Shown one piece after another: positions 48,097 through 58,668 of a stretch of DNA of 64,000 nucleotides. Numbering within the stretch: position 1 is the first letter of the stretch; every line of letters begins with the position of its first letter. The notes beneath the pieces were generated by a model. The model had not been told where the DNA came from. It saw only the letters and a program-made list of their open reading frames with translations, and ran no database searches. The DNA is from a virus, in the IMG/VR virus record IMGVR_UViG_3300028800_000004, positions 1 to 64,000 of that record, one strand, 5' to 3'. Made by a program: the position numbers and the translations under genes.

Positions 48097-48779
48097 AAAT
48101 TCTTATTATAAGCGACACTCACGGACTGCACGACTTAGTACCAGCCCTTCCTCCTGCGGATGTGTTTATCTTTGCGGGGGATATGATGAATTCCGGAAGG
48201 TACTTGGGCGAACTGGCTGCGTTTAACGCTTGGTTAGAAAAGATTCCTGTTCCGAAGGAGCGGAGATTATTGTGTGCAGGCAACCACGACATATCTCTGG
48301 ACGGAACACACCCGGAGTCAAGTCCGAATAAGTCGGCGAAAGCACGGGAACTGCTTACTAACGGGGTTTATCTCCAAGACCAAAGGATCGAAATCGACGG
48401 GGTTAAATTTTGGCTTTCCCCGCAGTCCCCCTTCTTCCTTAACTGGGCTTTCAATTCTCAAAGGGGAGAGGATATCAAAACTTTCTGGGATAGAATACCA
48501 GAAGATACTAATGTGCTCGTGACCCACGGCCCTCCTCATGGCATCCTAGATGAGGTTCCGGGTAGCCCGTACAACAAATGGGTTACAGAATCCGTGGGGT
48601 GCGAGGAACTTAAGAAGAAAATAGCAACCCTTCCTAACCTGAAACTACATGCTTTTGGGCACATACACGCTCCAAGAGGGTTGTATAATGATGGAAGAGT
48701 GCAATACGTTAACGCTTCCTTTCTGGACGATGCGTATAGACCCCACAAGGGTGATGGATATTTTCTAGTGGAGATTTAA
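48093..48779 (+). CDS. calcineurin-like metallophosphoesterase
   Basis: ISDTHG, GDMMNSG, GNHD, THGPP, GHIH. Confidence 0.8.
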   Translation: MKILIISDTHGLHDLVPALPPADVFIFAGDMMNSGRYLGELAAFNAWLEKIPVPKERRLLCAGNHDISLDGTHPESSPNKSAKARELLTNGVYLQDQRIEIDGVKFWLSPQSPFFLNWAFNSQRGEDIKTFWDRIPEDTNVLVTHGPPHGILDEVPGSPYNKWVTESVGCEELKKKIATLPNLKLHAFGHIHAPRGLYNDGRVQYVNASFLDDAYRPHKGDGYFLVEI

Positions 48780-49649
48780 GTGAAGACATACAAAGTCCTT
48801 TCGGTGAATACTTTTTTCACAGAGGTGTTGGAGTTAATGGTTAAGTTCAATTTTCTCGAAGAGATCGAGGAAGCAAACGACGACAAGCCTTCTTTAACTC
48901 AGGCTCAAGTAGAGACAACGAGATACATGGCCTCAAACACAACAAGTAGTTCTTGGCCTGTTACGCTCCGCACCGCTAACCCCCTTCTAGGGGAACCGTA
49001 CAACATCACAGGCCCCATGCCTAAAGACCCCTACGTGGCGATGGCTGTGCGTATCAAGTACATAGGTAATGGCCTTCCAATCGAATCCAACATGGAGAAG
49101 ATTTCAAAAGAACACCTTGGGCTAGTAGACGACAAAAAGGATTGGGGTAAGGCTCTCAAGCAAGCAGTAAAGGATTACGGCCACGATGAAGTCCTCACGG
49201 CTTTCTACGAGTGGAGTCAAAGCCAAGGCAACACAATCATCCGCAAGCCTATCGGTAATTTCCTGAAGAACGTAGGAAGCCACATCGGCGTGGTGAACAA
49301 GCCGGTAGTATCCAGTCCAGTCCTCGGAAGAGTCGAAGCGAGGGTTGCTTTTGTGTCCGATAATCTGATATTCTTTACCGGGGATTATCGCTTCAGACTG
49401 TCCGCTCTGATTCGGGAGTATGGGGAGGAGCTAGTCATCGAAGCCTTCGAGCAGTTCTTCCAGACCGTAGACGACAAGGAAATTAAATGGGCGTCCAGAA
49501 ACTTTATTGAACGCGCTCCGGTTATGATACAGACCATCGTAGCTAAGAAGGAACAAGAAAGAGTTGCGAAGGAAATGCTAAACTTGAGTTACAAGCAGGC
49601 GCAAGAAGGAGTCCTTCCGGAACTGGAGGACGAAGAAGAGGAATTATAA
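48780..49649 (+). CDS. hypothetical protein
   Basis: 289-aa ORF (GTG start) directly before the primase-helicase. Confidence 0.6.
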   Translation: MKTYKVLSVNTFFTEVLELMVKFNFLEEIEEANDDKPSLTQAQVETTRYMASNTTSSSWPVTLRTANPLLGEPYNITGPMPKDPYVAMAVRIKYIGNGLPIESNMEKISKEHLGLVDDKKDWGKALKQAVKDYGHDEVLTAFYEWSQSQGNTIIRKPIGNFLKNVGSHIGVVNKPVVSSPVLGRVEARVAFVSDNLIFFTGDYRFRLSALIREYGEELVIEAFEQFFQTVDDKEIKWASRNFIERAPVMIQTIVAKKEQERVAKEMLNLSYKQAQEGVLPELEDEEEEL

Positions 49650-51541
49650 TGGCGAGTAATCTTAAGGCGCATCCCGCGCTCCTTAGTATCTTCGCTTCTC
49701 GCATCCCCGGATTACAAAAGAAGGACGGCTCCTATTGGGGCAAGTGCATATTCCACGCAGAGAATACTCCCAGCCTCACGGTGGGTAAGGACGAGCACGG
49801 GGAGTATTGCTACCATTGTTTCGGGTGCGGTGTAGGCGGAGACGTAGTACAATTCATACAAGCGGTAGACAATGTTACGTTTAAACAAGCCAAGGAATTA
49901 GTAGAGAAGGTTACGGGAGGAAATTGGGAAGAGACCAAGAAGCTAGCCGATGCGACCTTCAAGAGACTGGAGCTAGACGAAACCAAGCCAGCGAAGAGAT
50001 ACAAGCTAGAGCAGTACGCCAAGTTTGAAATCAATCTGTACGAGTCCAAGGAAGCACAAGAGTGGTTGTTCAGAGAGAGAGGGATTACTTATGAAACAGC
50101 AAGAAAACTCCACTTCGGATACTGTAAAGATTTATCCGATCTCAACAAGAACCCAAACAAGAGTTTTGAACCAATTAAGGAAAAAGGCTGGATTATTACC
50201 CCTGCGGTCGAAGGCGAAGAAGTAGTAGCCATCGAAGCTAGGAGCATGGAGATTAAGGAGTTTGCCCGAAAGCCGGGGATGGATTACAAAATCCTCTGGG
50301 GGGTAGACTTCATATCATGGGATGAACCTGTGTATCTGGTCGAGGGAAAGTTCGATCAGGCCATCTTCATCCAAGCTGGGTACCGGGCGGTTAGCCTCCC
50401 CAACTCTTCCTCCAAGCTGTCACCGCAGCAAAGAGACCTCCTCATGTCCGCATCGGTTATTATCTTAGCTGGGGACAACGACGGGGGAACCGGGACTGAC
50501 TCTATGATAAAGCTCTGGAATGAGCTTCAGGAGCGCACGTACCGGCTAGTATGGCCCAAGGGGAAGAAGGATGCCAACCAGACGTTCCTAGAGACTTGTG
50601 GGCGCGATATCGATGCTTTTAAGAAGGTAGTGGATAGCCTTACTCTGAGCGCGTTCTCTAACCCGATGCCGGGAATCAAGAGCCTTCAGGACATTCTGAA
50701 GTCTGATACCTCGGAAAGTGCTGAAAACAGAGAGGATAGATTCAAGTTCAGCATCAAGCCGTTGGATCGCATGGCTTACGTGTTTCCGGGGAGCGTGGTT
50801 TACATCAGCGCGGCTAGCACCGGGACAGGCAAGACCCAGCTTACCATCCAAGAAACCCTCAACGCCGCTATGAAAAATGACGCGGTTGTGTTAAACTACC
50901 AGACACAGATGCAGGGGGAGGAGTTGGGAGAGGTAGTAACCTCCCACATATTAGCGAAGGATAGGGATACAATAGGCAGGCAGGACCGACTAGAGGCAGC
51001 AAAGAGATTAAGGGGCGTCCAGTATTACATCGGTCACGACCCGACAGCCTCTTCCTCGGCGCAAGTTCTTGATTTGATTGAGGCTGGGATACGCCGGGTA
51101 GGAGCTAATGTCTTTGTGATTGACTTGATCCACGATATCTGTAATACTGAAAAGGATGAGATTAAGGCCCAACAAAGAGCCATGAGACGTATTAAACTTA
51201 TGGCGCAGAAGTACTTAGCCATAGGCATCGTGATCGGACAGCCGCGAAAGGTAGATTCTAAGAACGTGGGAAGGCCCCTAGATATTTATGACAGTAAGGG
51301 AAGCGAGGCTCTTGTTTCGGAATCAGATGTGGTATACTATCTTTACCGCGAACCAATCAAGAAGATGAACGACGACACCAAGGACAGATTATCTCCGGAA
51401 GTGGAAATCAGATGTATGAAAGCTCGTAACCAAGGGAGAGGATCAGCGTTTGCTAAAGTGTTCTTTCTAGGGAAGATAGCCACGTTCAGGGAAATCATAC
51501 CTATCGAGGAGCCGAAGGTCGATAACAGAAAGGACTTCTAA
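49649..51541 (+). CDS. primase-helicase (DnaG zinc finger + TOPRIM + DnaB/RecA-like NTPase)
   Basis: CIFHAENTPSL...CYHCFGCG, LVEGKFDQ...LAGDNDGGG, ISAASTGTGKTQ Walker A, VFVIDL Walker B. Confidence 0.85.
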   Translation: MASNLKAHPALLSIFASRIPGLQKKDGSYWGKCIFHAENTPSLTVGKDEHGEYCYHCFGCGVGGDVVQFIQAVDNVTFKQAKELVEKVTGGNWEETKKLADATFKRLELDETKPAKRYKLEQYAKFEINLYESKEAQEWLFRERGITYETARKLHFGYCKDLSDLNKNPNKSFEPIKEKGWIITPAVEGEEVVAIEARSMEIKEFARKPGMDYKILWGVDFISWDEPVYLVEGKFDQAIFIQAGYRAVSLPNSSSKLSPQQRDLLMSASVIILAGDNDGGTGTDSMIKLWNELQERTYRLVWPKGKKDANQTFLETCGRDIDAFKKVVDSLTLSAFSNPMPGIKSLQDILKSDTSESAENREDRFKFSIKPLDRMAYVFPGSVVYISAASTGTGKTQLTIQETLNAAMKNDAVVLNYQTQMQGEELGEVVTSHILAKDRDTIGRQDRLEAAKRLRGVQYYIGHDPTASSSAQVLDLIEAGIRRVGANVFVIDLIHDICNTEKDEIKAQQRAMRRIKLMAQKYLAIGIVIGQPRKVDSKNVGRPLDIYDSKGSEALVSESDVVYYLYREPIKKMNDDTKDRLSPEVEIRCMKARNQGRGSAFAKVFFLGKIATFREIIPIEEPKVDNRKDF

Positions 51542-51915
51542 TGGGAATGTTTGATACAATACGTACGAAGATGCCATTGCCCGGAATCACTCTCCCGGAC
51601 TTCGTAGAGCCGGGTTTCCAAACCAAGGACCTTCACTGTAACCTCGACGATTATACCCTCACTGAGGAAGGGACTTTAAAGCTAGACGGAGAACTTGTAC
51701 CATACACCGGAGAGGTAAATATGTATACTTGTAATTCGTCAATTTGGTCCGGGGGTAGTACTTATACTAGGGGCGGGGTAGACGAAGTTTGGGTAGAGTA
51801 CAAACTACTATTCGCGGAGGGCAGGCTTATCTACATAAACCAAACCAAATACGAACAGAAACCAGCCAAGGATGCAGATAACTTTTGGCAGGAACGAGCG
51901 AAGGAAGCAAAGTAA
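51541..51915 (+). CDS. hypothetical protein
   Basis: 124-aa ORF, coupled start. Confidence 0.6.
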   Translation: MGMFDTIRTKMPLPGITLPDFVEPGFQTKDLHCNLDDYTLTEEGTLKLDGELVPYTGEVNMYTCNSSIWSGGSTYTRGGVDEVWVEYKLLFAEGRLIYINQTKYEQKPAKDADNFWQERAKEAK

Positions 51916-52580
51916 TGGACGTTCTCGAAGGGATAGCAAACAGTTTCAGCGACAAAGAGCGTAAGGAAGCTGCGGAATTAGAGTCGAAGAAAGACCAGAT
52001 AATCAAAGTCATCGTCCGGGAAAGAGAAAGCCTAGACAGGAACTTCGTTAAGCTGGCTCAGATAATCAACGAAGTACGACAAAAGAAGTACTGGCTGTTA
52101 GGCAACTACAAGAACTTCGGAGAGTACTTAGCAGGTTGTGAAACGAAGTTCGGGGTTGGGCACTCCCAGATTTACGTGGGGATGAAGATCGTCCGTAACC
52201 TTCTTCCGGCATTAGCTGGGGAAGACCTAGTGAACATGGGTATTACCAAGGCGGGGGTGTTGAGTAAGTTTGTCGAGCAGTCTGGACAAACCAGCATTCC
52301 TGATGATATACTTCAGATTGCTAAGGACCCGGATAAGAAAACGGAAGACCTTGAGATAGCGGTAAACGCAAAGCTACATAACGTTCCCTTGGAGAAGGGA
52401 ACTTGGATTAACCTTGGAGGGTTCTTCTGTACCGAGGAGGAGAAGCAAGAGATTAACGACGCGCTAGAGTTAGCTGGCAGCATCGATCCGGTGGTGCCTA
52501 ATAACATCCCAGCGTGGCAACAACACCGGGAGAAAGTACTTCGGTTGGCTAGAGAGTTTCTAGGGAGCTACGATGGATAA
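51915..52580 (+). CDS. hypothetical protein (possible DNA-binding)
   Basis: 221 aa. KKYWLLGNYKNFGEYLAGCETKFGVGHSQIYVGMKI resembles an HTH segment. Confidence 0.55.
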   Translation: MDVLEGIANSFSDKERKEAAELESKKDQIIKVIVRERESLDRNFVKLAQIINEVRQKKYWLLGNYKNFGEYLAGCETKFGVGHSQIYVGMKIVRNLLPALAGEDLVNMGITKAGVLSKFVEQSGQTSIPDDILQIAKDPDKKTEDLEIAVNAKLHNVPLEKGTWINLGGFFCTEEEKQEINDALELAGSIDPVVPNNIPAWQQHREKVLRLAREFLGSYDG

Positions 52581-52767
52581 CGCATACATAGTAGAATACG
52601 AAGCCGCTAAGGTCCGTAAGGGGTATCTGGAGCCGCTGTCTACCGAGCAGCAGATCGAATGCGCGTTCGCCGCAGGATTTAGGGTTGGGTATATGAGGTG
52701 TACCCAAGAAATGATTGACAAGGTAAACGAAAAGAGACAGCAGGAGATAGACGAACTTCGTGGGTAG
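52573..52767 (+). CDS. hypothetical protein
   Basis: 64-aa ORF. Confidence 0.5.
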   Translation: MDNAYIVEYEAAKVRKGYLEPLSTEQQIECAFAAGFRVGYMRCTQEMIDKVNEKRQQEIDELRG

Positions 52768-53122
52768 ACAAACTGTTTTTGTTGAGGTAGACTTAGATAC
52801 AGAGCTTCCGATAAGGATTCTCAAGACGAACAAACAGGCATACGAATTACCCCCTGAAAAAGTCAGGATGATGGCGCGGTCAGTGGCTGTCAAGTACATA
52901 CGAGATCAAGTAGTAGAAAGAGCCAGAAAAGATAAAAACATTCTGTGCGAGTTTTGTGGGCTTATAATTACAGAGGATACAGGGCACATGCACGAAGTCC
53001 TGTCTCGCGGAAAGGGAGGAGAGGTCAGTCTTGAAAACAGCAGATTCATTTGCGCCCAATGCCATTTGGGGCCAGACGGCGAACACGGAGACCGTCGATG
53101 GCAGAAAGGGAATATTGTCTAA
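52760..53122 (+). CDS. HNH endonuclease
   Basis: CEFCG...HMHEVLSRG...N..FICAQCH. Confidence 0.65.
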   Translation: MGRQTVFVEVDLDTELPIRILKTNKQAYELPPEKVRMMARSVAVKYIRDQVVERARKDKNILCEFCGLIITEDTGHMHEVLSRGKGGEVSLENSRFICAQCHLGPDGEHGDRRWQKGNIV

Positions 53123-54444
53123 TGTATAATACTTACGTTCCAGAAAAGACCTATGTCCATGCTGTCCTCAAAGATTCCGAGAAGAGTATAGCGCAATACC
53201 TATCCTCCGCCAGAGAGAATTGGGCAGTCCTCCACTACTCCGACGAGGACGGGAGCGGATTGGATACCATCGAGAACGCTCTTAACCTAGCCGTCTGCCA
53301 ATCGAACAAGCCGAAACAATTTTCATACGAATTGGATATTAAGAAACAGATTTCCGATATCCAATTCCTAAACGGTTCTGAGTGGTTCTTCATGATGCGC
53401 CCCTCGATGGAAGGACGAACCATAAAAGAAATGGAACTCGAAAGAGGGAAGTCCAAAAACACGATGGTTGGTTTCACTGTCAATGGGATCAAAATGATCC
53501 ACCTTCGTACGGAGATCAACACATCCCCCGGTTCCGAAGGAACGCAGATGGGAGATTTTTTCATCCTTGATAACAGGAGCATCCGTGCCCTGAAGGATTA
53601 CATCATCGGATTTCTGTCCTCCACCAAACGCTCCTACGAGGTTAAGACGTACGACTGCGACAACTCTGGGGATATTATGATCGACCACGCGGAAGGTCTT
53701 CCTCAGTCTTGGGATAACTTAGTCCTGAACGACGACGTTGTTAACCTAGTCAAGAGGGATATCGAATCCTTCCTGCGGAGAAAGGCGTGGTTTCTTAAGA
53801 ACTCACTCCCCTTCCGTAGAGGATATTTGTTCCACGGACCTCCGGGGAATGGTAAAACCAGCGTCATCAAGACGATCCTATCCACGTCCAACATGAACGT
53901 GTACAAGATCAGGCTATTCAACAAACACCTGAACGACCAGACGTTAGAGAAGATGTTTGAGGACGCGCAGAAGTCCGGACCGAACATCGTGGCGCTGGAG
54001 GATATCGACAGAGCGTTTCCCAAGACCGGAGAATCAGGATGCCCACTCGGCCTCCACACCCTCCTTAACTGCTTGGACGGATTGACTTCTCAAGAGGGAG
54101 TGATTACAATAGCTACAGCTAACGAACCCACCATCCTCGACAGAGCTATCCTCAAGAGGCCGGGTCGGTTTGATCGCGTGGTGCTGTTCGACAATCCGAA
54201 TCCGGAAACGAGGGAGAAGTACTTTCGCAAGAAAGCTCCCTACCTTACGGTGGTCGGCGAGGTGATTGAGGCAACCGAAGGGTTCTCCTTCGCGCAGCTT
54301 CAGGAAACCTACATCCTAGCGGGGCAGTATGCTTACGATAGGAACGAAGAAGAAATTAAGGAAAAAGATTTGATCGAGTGCGCGTCTCTCCTCAAAGGAG
54401 CTACCATTAACATCACCGGCAAATCAGAGAGGAAAGGATTTTAA
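53122..54444 (+). CDS. classic AAA ATPase (BCS1/FtsH-like module) with N-terminal extension
   Basis: LFHGPPGNGKTS, IVALEDID, ATANEPTILDRAILKRPGRFD. Confidence 0.8.
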   Translation: MYNTYVPEKTYVHAVLKDSEKSIAQYLSSARENWAVLHYSDEDGSGLDTIENALNLAVCQSNKPKQFSYELDIKKQISDIQFLNGSEWFFMMRPSMEGRTIKEMELERGKSKNTMVGFTVNGIKMIHLRTEINTSPGSEGTQMGDFFILDNRSIRALKDYIIGFLSSTKRSYEVKTYDCDNSGDIMIDHAEGLPQSWDNLVLNDDVVNLVKRDIESFLRRKAWFLKNSLPFRRGYLFHGPPGNGKTSVIKTILSTSNMNVYKIRLFNKHLNDQTLEKMFEDAQKSGPNIVALEDIDRAFPKTGESGCPLGLHTLLNCLDGLTSQEGVITIATANEPTILDRAILKRPGRFDRVVLFDNPNPETREKYFRKKAPYLTVVGEVIEATEGFSFAQLQETYILAGQYAYDRNEEEIKEKDLIECASLLKGATINITGKSERKGF

Positions 54445-54869
54445 TGCCCGTATTCATTGACGAATACATCAAGATCAGAGACGTAGAGGGTAAAGAGCAG
54501 ACAGGAAAGGCTTTAGCTAGCAATCTGGTTGCGGTGGAGGACGAAGAGAAGGTGATTCACTACGGGTTAGCCGTGGGCATGGATCACCTTCATACCACCA
54601 TCGTGTGCGATAACCCTCAGTGTGAGAACTCTACTGTGGACGACAGCTTCAAGACAGTCCCCAAGACTATCGAGTTCGATGAGTCCGAAGACACCGCCGG
54701 TACTTTCCTTAAGGATGTGGTGGACGTGGTTATCGTGTCGGACTTCAAGGGGCAGAAGACGGTATTCTGTTCTGACAAGTGCTACGCCAAGTTCACCAAG
54801 AAGGCACCAGCTACCGTGCTGGCTATGCCTAGCGGTAAGGGAAGCAAGACGGTCCTGACGGAGGAGTAG
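54444..54869 (+). CDS. hypothetical protein
   Basis: 141-aa ORF, coupled start. CDNPQC...CSDKC. Confidence 0.6.
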   Translation: MPVFIDEYIKIRDVEGKEQTGKALASNLVAVEDEEKVIHYGLAVGMDHLHTTIVCDNPQCENSTVDDSFKTVPKTIEFDESEDTAGTFLKDVVDVVIVSDFKGQKTVFCSDKCYAKFTKKAPATVLAMPSGKGSKTVLTEE

Positions 54870-55405
54870 TGGACTTTAAGACCTTTGATAAGTGCATGAT
54901 ACTTATCCGCGCGTGGCGCAGCAGAACCGACCAGAACAACAACGAGTGGCCGGATTCCCGCGATCCTTCCTTGAGAGAACTTCTCACGGAGTTCTCGGTG
55001 GTGCCTCAGGACCTAGAGAAAAGCATGGTTGCGTTAGCGGCATGGAGAGAAGCCGGTGAAGACATTTATCAAAAAATGTCTACCATCACCCATGTAATAA
55101 GAAACCGTCAGAAGCAGGGGCTGTTCAGAACTCACCTAGTCTCTTCCGGATTGGATCAGTTTCCGACCATGACTGGCGATGGCTCCTCGGGGTATCCTAC
55201 TGAGACTGAAAACTTTAAGAAGATTCTCCAGAATTTAGATATCATCCTCGAAGACAAGGCCGTGGACTTAACCCAGAATGCTATTTACTTTGGGGTTGTA
55301 GGGGATGGTATGCCGGACTGGTTTCGTGGTATAGTAGAATCTACTAACTACGAGAGAACAGTTCAGGCAGCGAACCTGACGTTCTACAGGGAAAGGAAAA
55401 AATGA
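54869..55405 (+). CDS. hypothetical protein (weak SleB-like cell-wall hydrolase resemblance)
   Basis: LAAWREAGEDIYQKMSTITHVIRNR recalls the ..GEARGE...AVA.VI.NR pattern. Confidence 0.4.
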   Translation: MDFKTFDKCMILIRAWRSRTDQNNNEWPDSRDPSLRELLTEFSVVPQDLEKSMVALAAWREAGEDIYQKMSTITHVIRNRQKQGLFRTHLVSSGLDQFPTMTGDGSSGYPTETENFKKILQNLDIILEDKAVDLTQNAIYFGVVGDGMPDWFRGIVESTNYERTVQAANLTFYRERKK

Positions 55406-55866
55406 ACTGGCCTGACCAACCGATTGTGATAGTAGATATCGACGGGACGCTAGCTGATGGTACGCATCGAGAACACTTCATTCGTAAGACGCCTAAGGAC
55501 TGGAAGAACTACTTGGGCGGGACCTCCGAGGACGTTCCTATCCTACACGTTTTTAGATGGGTGCAGGAGCTAAGCAAGGATCATACCATCGTCATAGCCA
55601 CAGGAAGAATGGAGGAGCGGAGACAGCCTACGCTAGAGTGGTTCGAAAGAGTGTGGGCAGAAGGAGCACCCCGGTTTCCTGTATTCAAATATTACTTCCG
55701 TCCGCAGAACGACTATCGGCCCGACTACGAAGTCAAGCCGGAATTTTTAAAAGACATGCCTACCCAACCCGTTCTTATTCTGGAAGATAGACCTTCGGTT
55801 ATCCGGATGTGGAGAGGGCTAGGCTTGAACGTAATCCCCGTAAAAGGGGAGTGCGAAGATTTCTAA
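55402..55866 (+). CDS. HAD-family phosphatase (polynucleotide 3'-phosphatase / nucleotidase-like)
   Basis: VIVDIDGTLADG (DxDGT), IATGR, LILEDR. Confidence 0.7.
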   Translation: MNWPDQPIVIVDIDGTLADGTHREHFIRKTPKDWKNYLGGTSEDVPILHVFRWVQELSKDHTIVIATGRMEERRQPTLEWFERVWAEGAPRFPVFKYYFRPQNDYRPDYEVKPEFLKDMPTQPVLILEDRPSVIRMWRGLGLNVIPVKGECEDF

Positions 55867-56159
55867 TGAAAGGAATGAAAATGTTTATCGCAGTTTGTGT
55901 ATTAGCGTGGTTGGGATGCAGCTTCCTTACTTATGGTTTCACCCTCGGAGAGTTCTCGCACCTTTGGCCGGACCAGTCAAATGTGGAATTCGTGATACCA
56001 TTCTCACTTTTTTCTGGTCCGATTGGTTTACTCATTTCTGCCGCCGATGGAAGATTCAAGTATTGGCAATTGGTTCCGTACACTAGAGAACAGCGTTGGG
56101 AATTTTTTGATAAAAAGTTCCCGTCGCTAGGTAGAGAGTACTTCGACCAGAGGAGATAA
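55866..56159 (+). CDS. membrane protein
   Basis: 97 aa. MKGMKMFIAVCVLAWLGC... Confidence 0.5.
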   Translation: MKGMKMFIAVCVLAWLGCSFLTYGFTLGEFSHLWPDQSNVEFVIPFSLFSGPIGLLISAADGRFKYWQLVPYTREQRWEFFDKKFPSLGREYFDQRR

Positions 56160-56160
56160 C

Positions 56161-56628
56161 GTGGTTAGCAAATACAAATCCAACAGAGACGGATACCTGC
56201 AAAGAAAGTTCGGTATCACGGAGGAAGAGGTAGACGCGGCATTGGCGCAGCAGGGAGGGGTCTGTAAGGCGTGCAGCCAGCCACCCGGCGCAAGGTCCTT
56301 GCACATAGACCACGACCACGAGATCGCCAACTGGAAGATAACATCGCAGAAGCTAGGAGTTAAAAGGTGGGAAGCGAGGCCAGAGACGTTGATCGGCTCT
56401 CGGTTGGACTTCCGATGCTACGCCACAACTAAGCCAGAGGCTAGAAAACTAGCAAAGGCCAAACTCAAAAGACTATCCGTACGCGGCATACTCTGCTGGC
56501 ACTGCAACGCAGGGCTGAAGAAGTATCAAGACGACCCGGTTAGAATACACAAGATCGCGGAGTATTTGGATGAATATTATGAGTTTGTAAACGGAGAAGG
56601 AGCAACAAGAAACGGGTTTGGGGAATGA
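56161..56628 (+). CDS. endonuclease VII-type Holliday junction resolvase
   Basis: QGGVCKAC...HIDHDHE...VRGILCWHCNAGL, with an inserted segment. Confidence 0.7.
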   Translation: MVSKYKSNRDGYLQRKFGITEEEVDAALAQQGGVCKACSQPPGARSLHIDHDHEIANWKITSQKLGVKRWEARPETLIGSRLDFRCYATTKPEARKLAKAKLKRLSVRGILCWHCNAGLKKYQDDPVRIHKIAEYLDEYYEFVNGEGATRNGFGE

Positions 56629-56786
56629 AAACATTTAACGTAATAATTGAAATAGATGATTACTCTAATAGCGATGGGGAAGATGTAGAAGAGATTTTAC
56701 AGTCACTGCTAGACGGAGAACTTCCGGAAGGTTTGCCTCGGGATTTAGAGGCTAGGATTATAGAGGTAGTAGACGATGAAGATTGA
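56625..56786 (+). CDS. small acidic protein (53 aa)
   Basis: Coupled ATGA start. Asp/Glu rich. Confidence 0.4.
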   Translation: MKTFNVIIEIDDYSNSDGEDVEEILQSLLDGELPEGLPRDLEARIIEVVDDED

Positions 56787-57036
56787 AGATATCTTAAAGG
56801 GGAATAACGTAAAGACAGTCGTAGACTTCCTGCAAAATGCGCCCGTGGACGAGCTATACTCAACCAACGAACTGACAGAAAAATTTGGAGTACCCCCAAG
56901 TACTATTCGACACTCTCGGGTGTTGAGCACATACTCTTTGTGGTATAACGAGAATCGTTTTTATGGTTCCCCCTCCGCTCTTTTTGAGTTCAACAATAAG
57001 ATAGGTTCTAATGAAGACGAACGACATTCTGACTAA
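56776..57036 (+). CDS. hypothetical protein (HTH-like)
   Basis: 86-aa ORF. STNELTEKFGVPPSTIRHS. Confidence 0.5.
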   Translation: MKIEDILKGNNVKTVVDFLQNAPVDELYSTNELTEKFGVPPSTIRHSRVLSTYSLWYNENRFYGSPSALFEFNNKIGSNEDERHSD

Positions 57037-58141
57037 AAAAACCCCAGAAGAAACCCACGAGATCAAAGGGGATACGTGGACAATATCTTTACCGAAAACT
57101 AGAATCCACACCCTAGAGGAACTACTTGAGTACTGCGAAGCTGACCTATCCGTTTGGGAGGTAGAGAGATTCGTTTGCAACAAGTGGGAAATGGGATTCA
57201 AGAACAAGAACGAGGAAGCGGAAGTCGTTCCTCTGTTTCAGGTTAAGGCATTTCTTAGACGGCGCAAAGATGTAGAAGCGGTAAAGAAAGAACTAGAAGC
57301 ACTGAAGCATTTAGCTAAGGAGTTCCCTTGGCCCGAAGTATCGATTCCATTCAGTCCCACTCCTCAGACTGGGTTGATGCTAGAAGTTAACGTGCCCGAC
57401 CTACACTCAGGGAAGCTAAGCTGGGGAGTGGAAACCGGTGGGCCTAACTACGATGTGAAGATAGCGGAGGAAACTTTCAACCGGGCGTTGGAAACTCTCC
57501 TTCAACGAACATCGATGTATCGTTTTGATTACATTGTGTTTGTGATCGGGAACGACCTTCTCAACTCGGATGACATTGAGGGGCGAACCACAGCCGGGAC
57601 GTACGTTAGTACCGACGCTAGGTACCACAAGACTTTCGCAGCTACCCGCACCATGATTATCAAAGCGGTTCAAAGACTTCTCCAAGTAGCTCCGGTGAAA
57701 GTAATTCCAGTTTACGGAAACCACGACAGGCTGTCGTCTTGGCACTTGGCCGATAGCGTGGAAATGTTCTTCACCAACGATAGTCGTGTTACTATAGACA
57801 ACAGACCGAGAACCAGAAAGTACCACCAGCACGGCAAAGTTATGCTGATGCTAACCCACGGTGACAAGGGCAAGAAGACAGACTACCCTCTAGTCATGGC
57901 GGCGGAAGAACCGGAAATGTTCGGGAAGACCTTGCATAGAGAGTGCCATACGGGACACACTCACATGACCAAGCTTGACGAGCAGCATGGTATTCGTGTT
58001 AGAGTATTACCAGCTTTGTGTCCTGCGGACGATTGGCACTCCGCCAACTTCTTCGTGGGGAACAAGCGAAGCGCGGAAGCGTACATATGGGATCATGAGG
58101 AAGGGCTAATCTCGGTGGTGTTCCATACGGAGAAAGAATGA
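57011..58141 (+). CDS. metallophosphoesterase-family protein
   Basis: VFVIGNDLLNSDD, VYGNHD, LTHGDKG, HTGHTH. Confidence 0.6.
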   Translation: MKTNDILTKKTPEETHEIKGDTWTISLPKTRIHTLEELLEYCEADLSVWEVERFVCNKWEMGFKNKNEEAEVVPLFQVKAFLRRRKDVEAVKKELEALKHLAKEFPWPEVSIPFSPTPQTGLMLEVNVPDLHSGKLSWGVETGGPNYDVKIAEETFNRALETLLQRTSMYRFDYIVFVIGNDLLNSDDIEGRTTAGTYVSTDARYHKTFAATRTMIIKAVQRLLQVAPVKVIPVYGNHDRLSSWHLADSVEMFFTNDSRVTIDNRPRTRKYHQHGKVMLMLTHGDKGKKTDYPLVMAAEEPEMFGKTLHRECHTGHTHMTKLDEQHGIRVRVLPALCPADDWHSANFFVGNKRSAEAYIWDHEEGLISVVFHTEKE

Positions 58142-58668
58142 CAGAGTGCTGGCTAATTTCGGACAACCATTTTCACCACGCGAATATCCTTACCTTTCTG
58201 GATTATGAAGGGAAGGTAATGCGTTCGTTCGCGGACGTGAATCACATGAACGACTACATGGTAGATCGCTGGAACTCGGTTGTAAAACCGGGCGATAAGG
58301 TGTACCATCTAGGAGACGTGGTTATGGGGGACAGCGCGGAGAGGATGCAGATTATCGGGAGGCTTAACGGTACCAAGACTCTGATCTTGGGGAACCACGA
58401 TACGCCGAACATGAACAGGTATCGAGGATACTTCCAGCGGGTGTACTCTAGCCGTATGCTAGACAAGCTTCTGCTTAGTCACATTCCGGTTCACCCTATG
58501 AGTCTGGGAAAGGCTAGGGCCAACGTCTTCGGCCACGTCCACAACAACATCACTCCCGGACAATACGGCCCCCAGTACTACAACATCAGCGCAGAGGTTA
58601 TCAACTACACTCCTATCAACTTAACCGAGTTAAACCAAAGAATCGACAAGCAGTTGGAGGCAAAATGA
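58138..58668 (+). CDS. metallophosphoesterase (phage Ser/Thr phosphatase-like)
   Basis: ISDNHFHH, LGDVV, GNHD, FGHVH. Confidence 0.75.
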   Translation: MTECWLISDNHFHHANILTFLDYEGKVMRSFADVNHMNDYMVDRWNSVVKPGDKVYHLGDVVMGDSAERMQIIGRLNGTKTLILGNHDTPNMNRYRGYFQRVYSSRMLDKLLLSHIPVHPMSLGKARANVFGHVHNNITPGQYGPQYYNISAEVINYTPINLTELNQRIDKQLEAK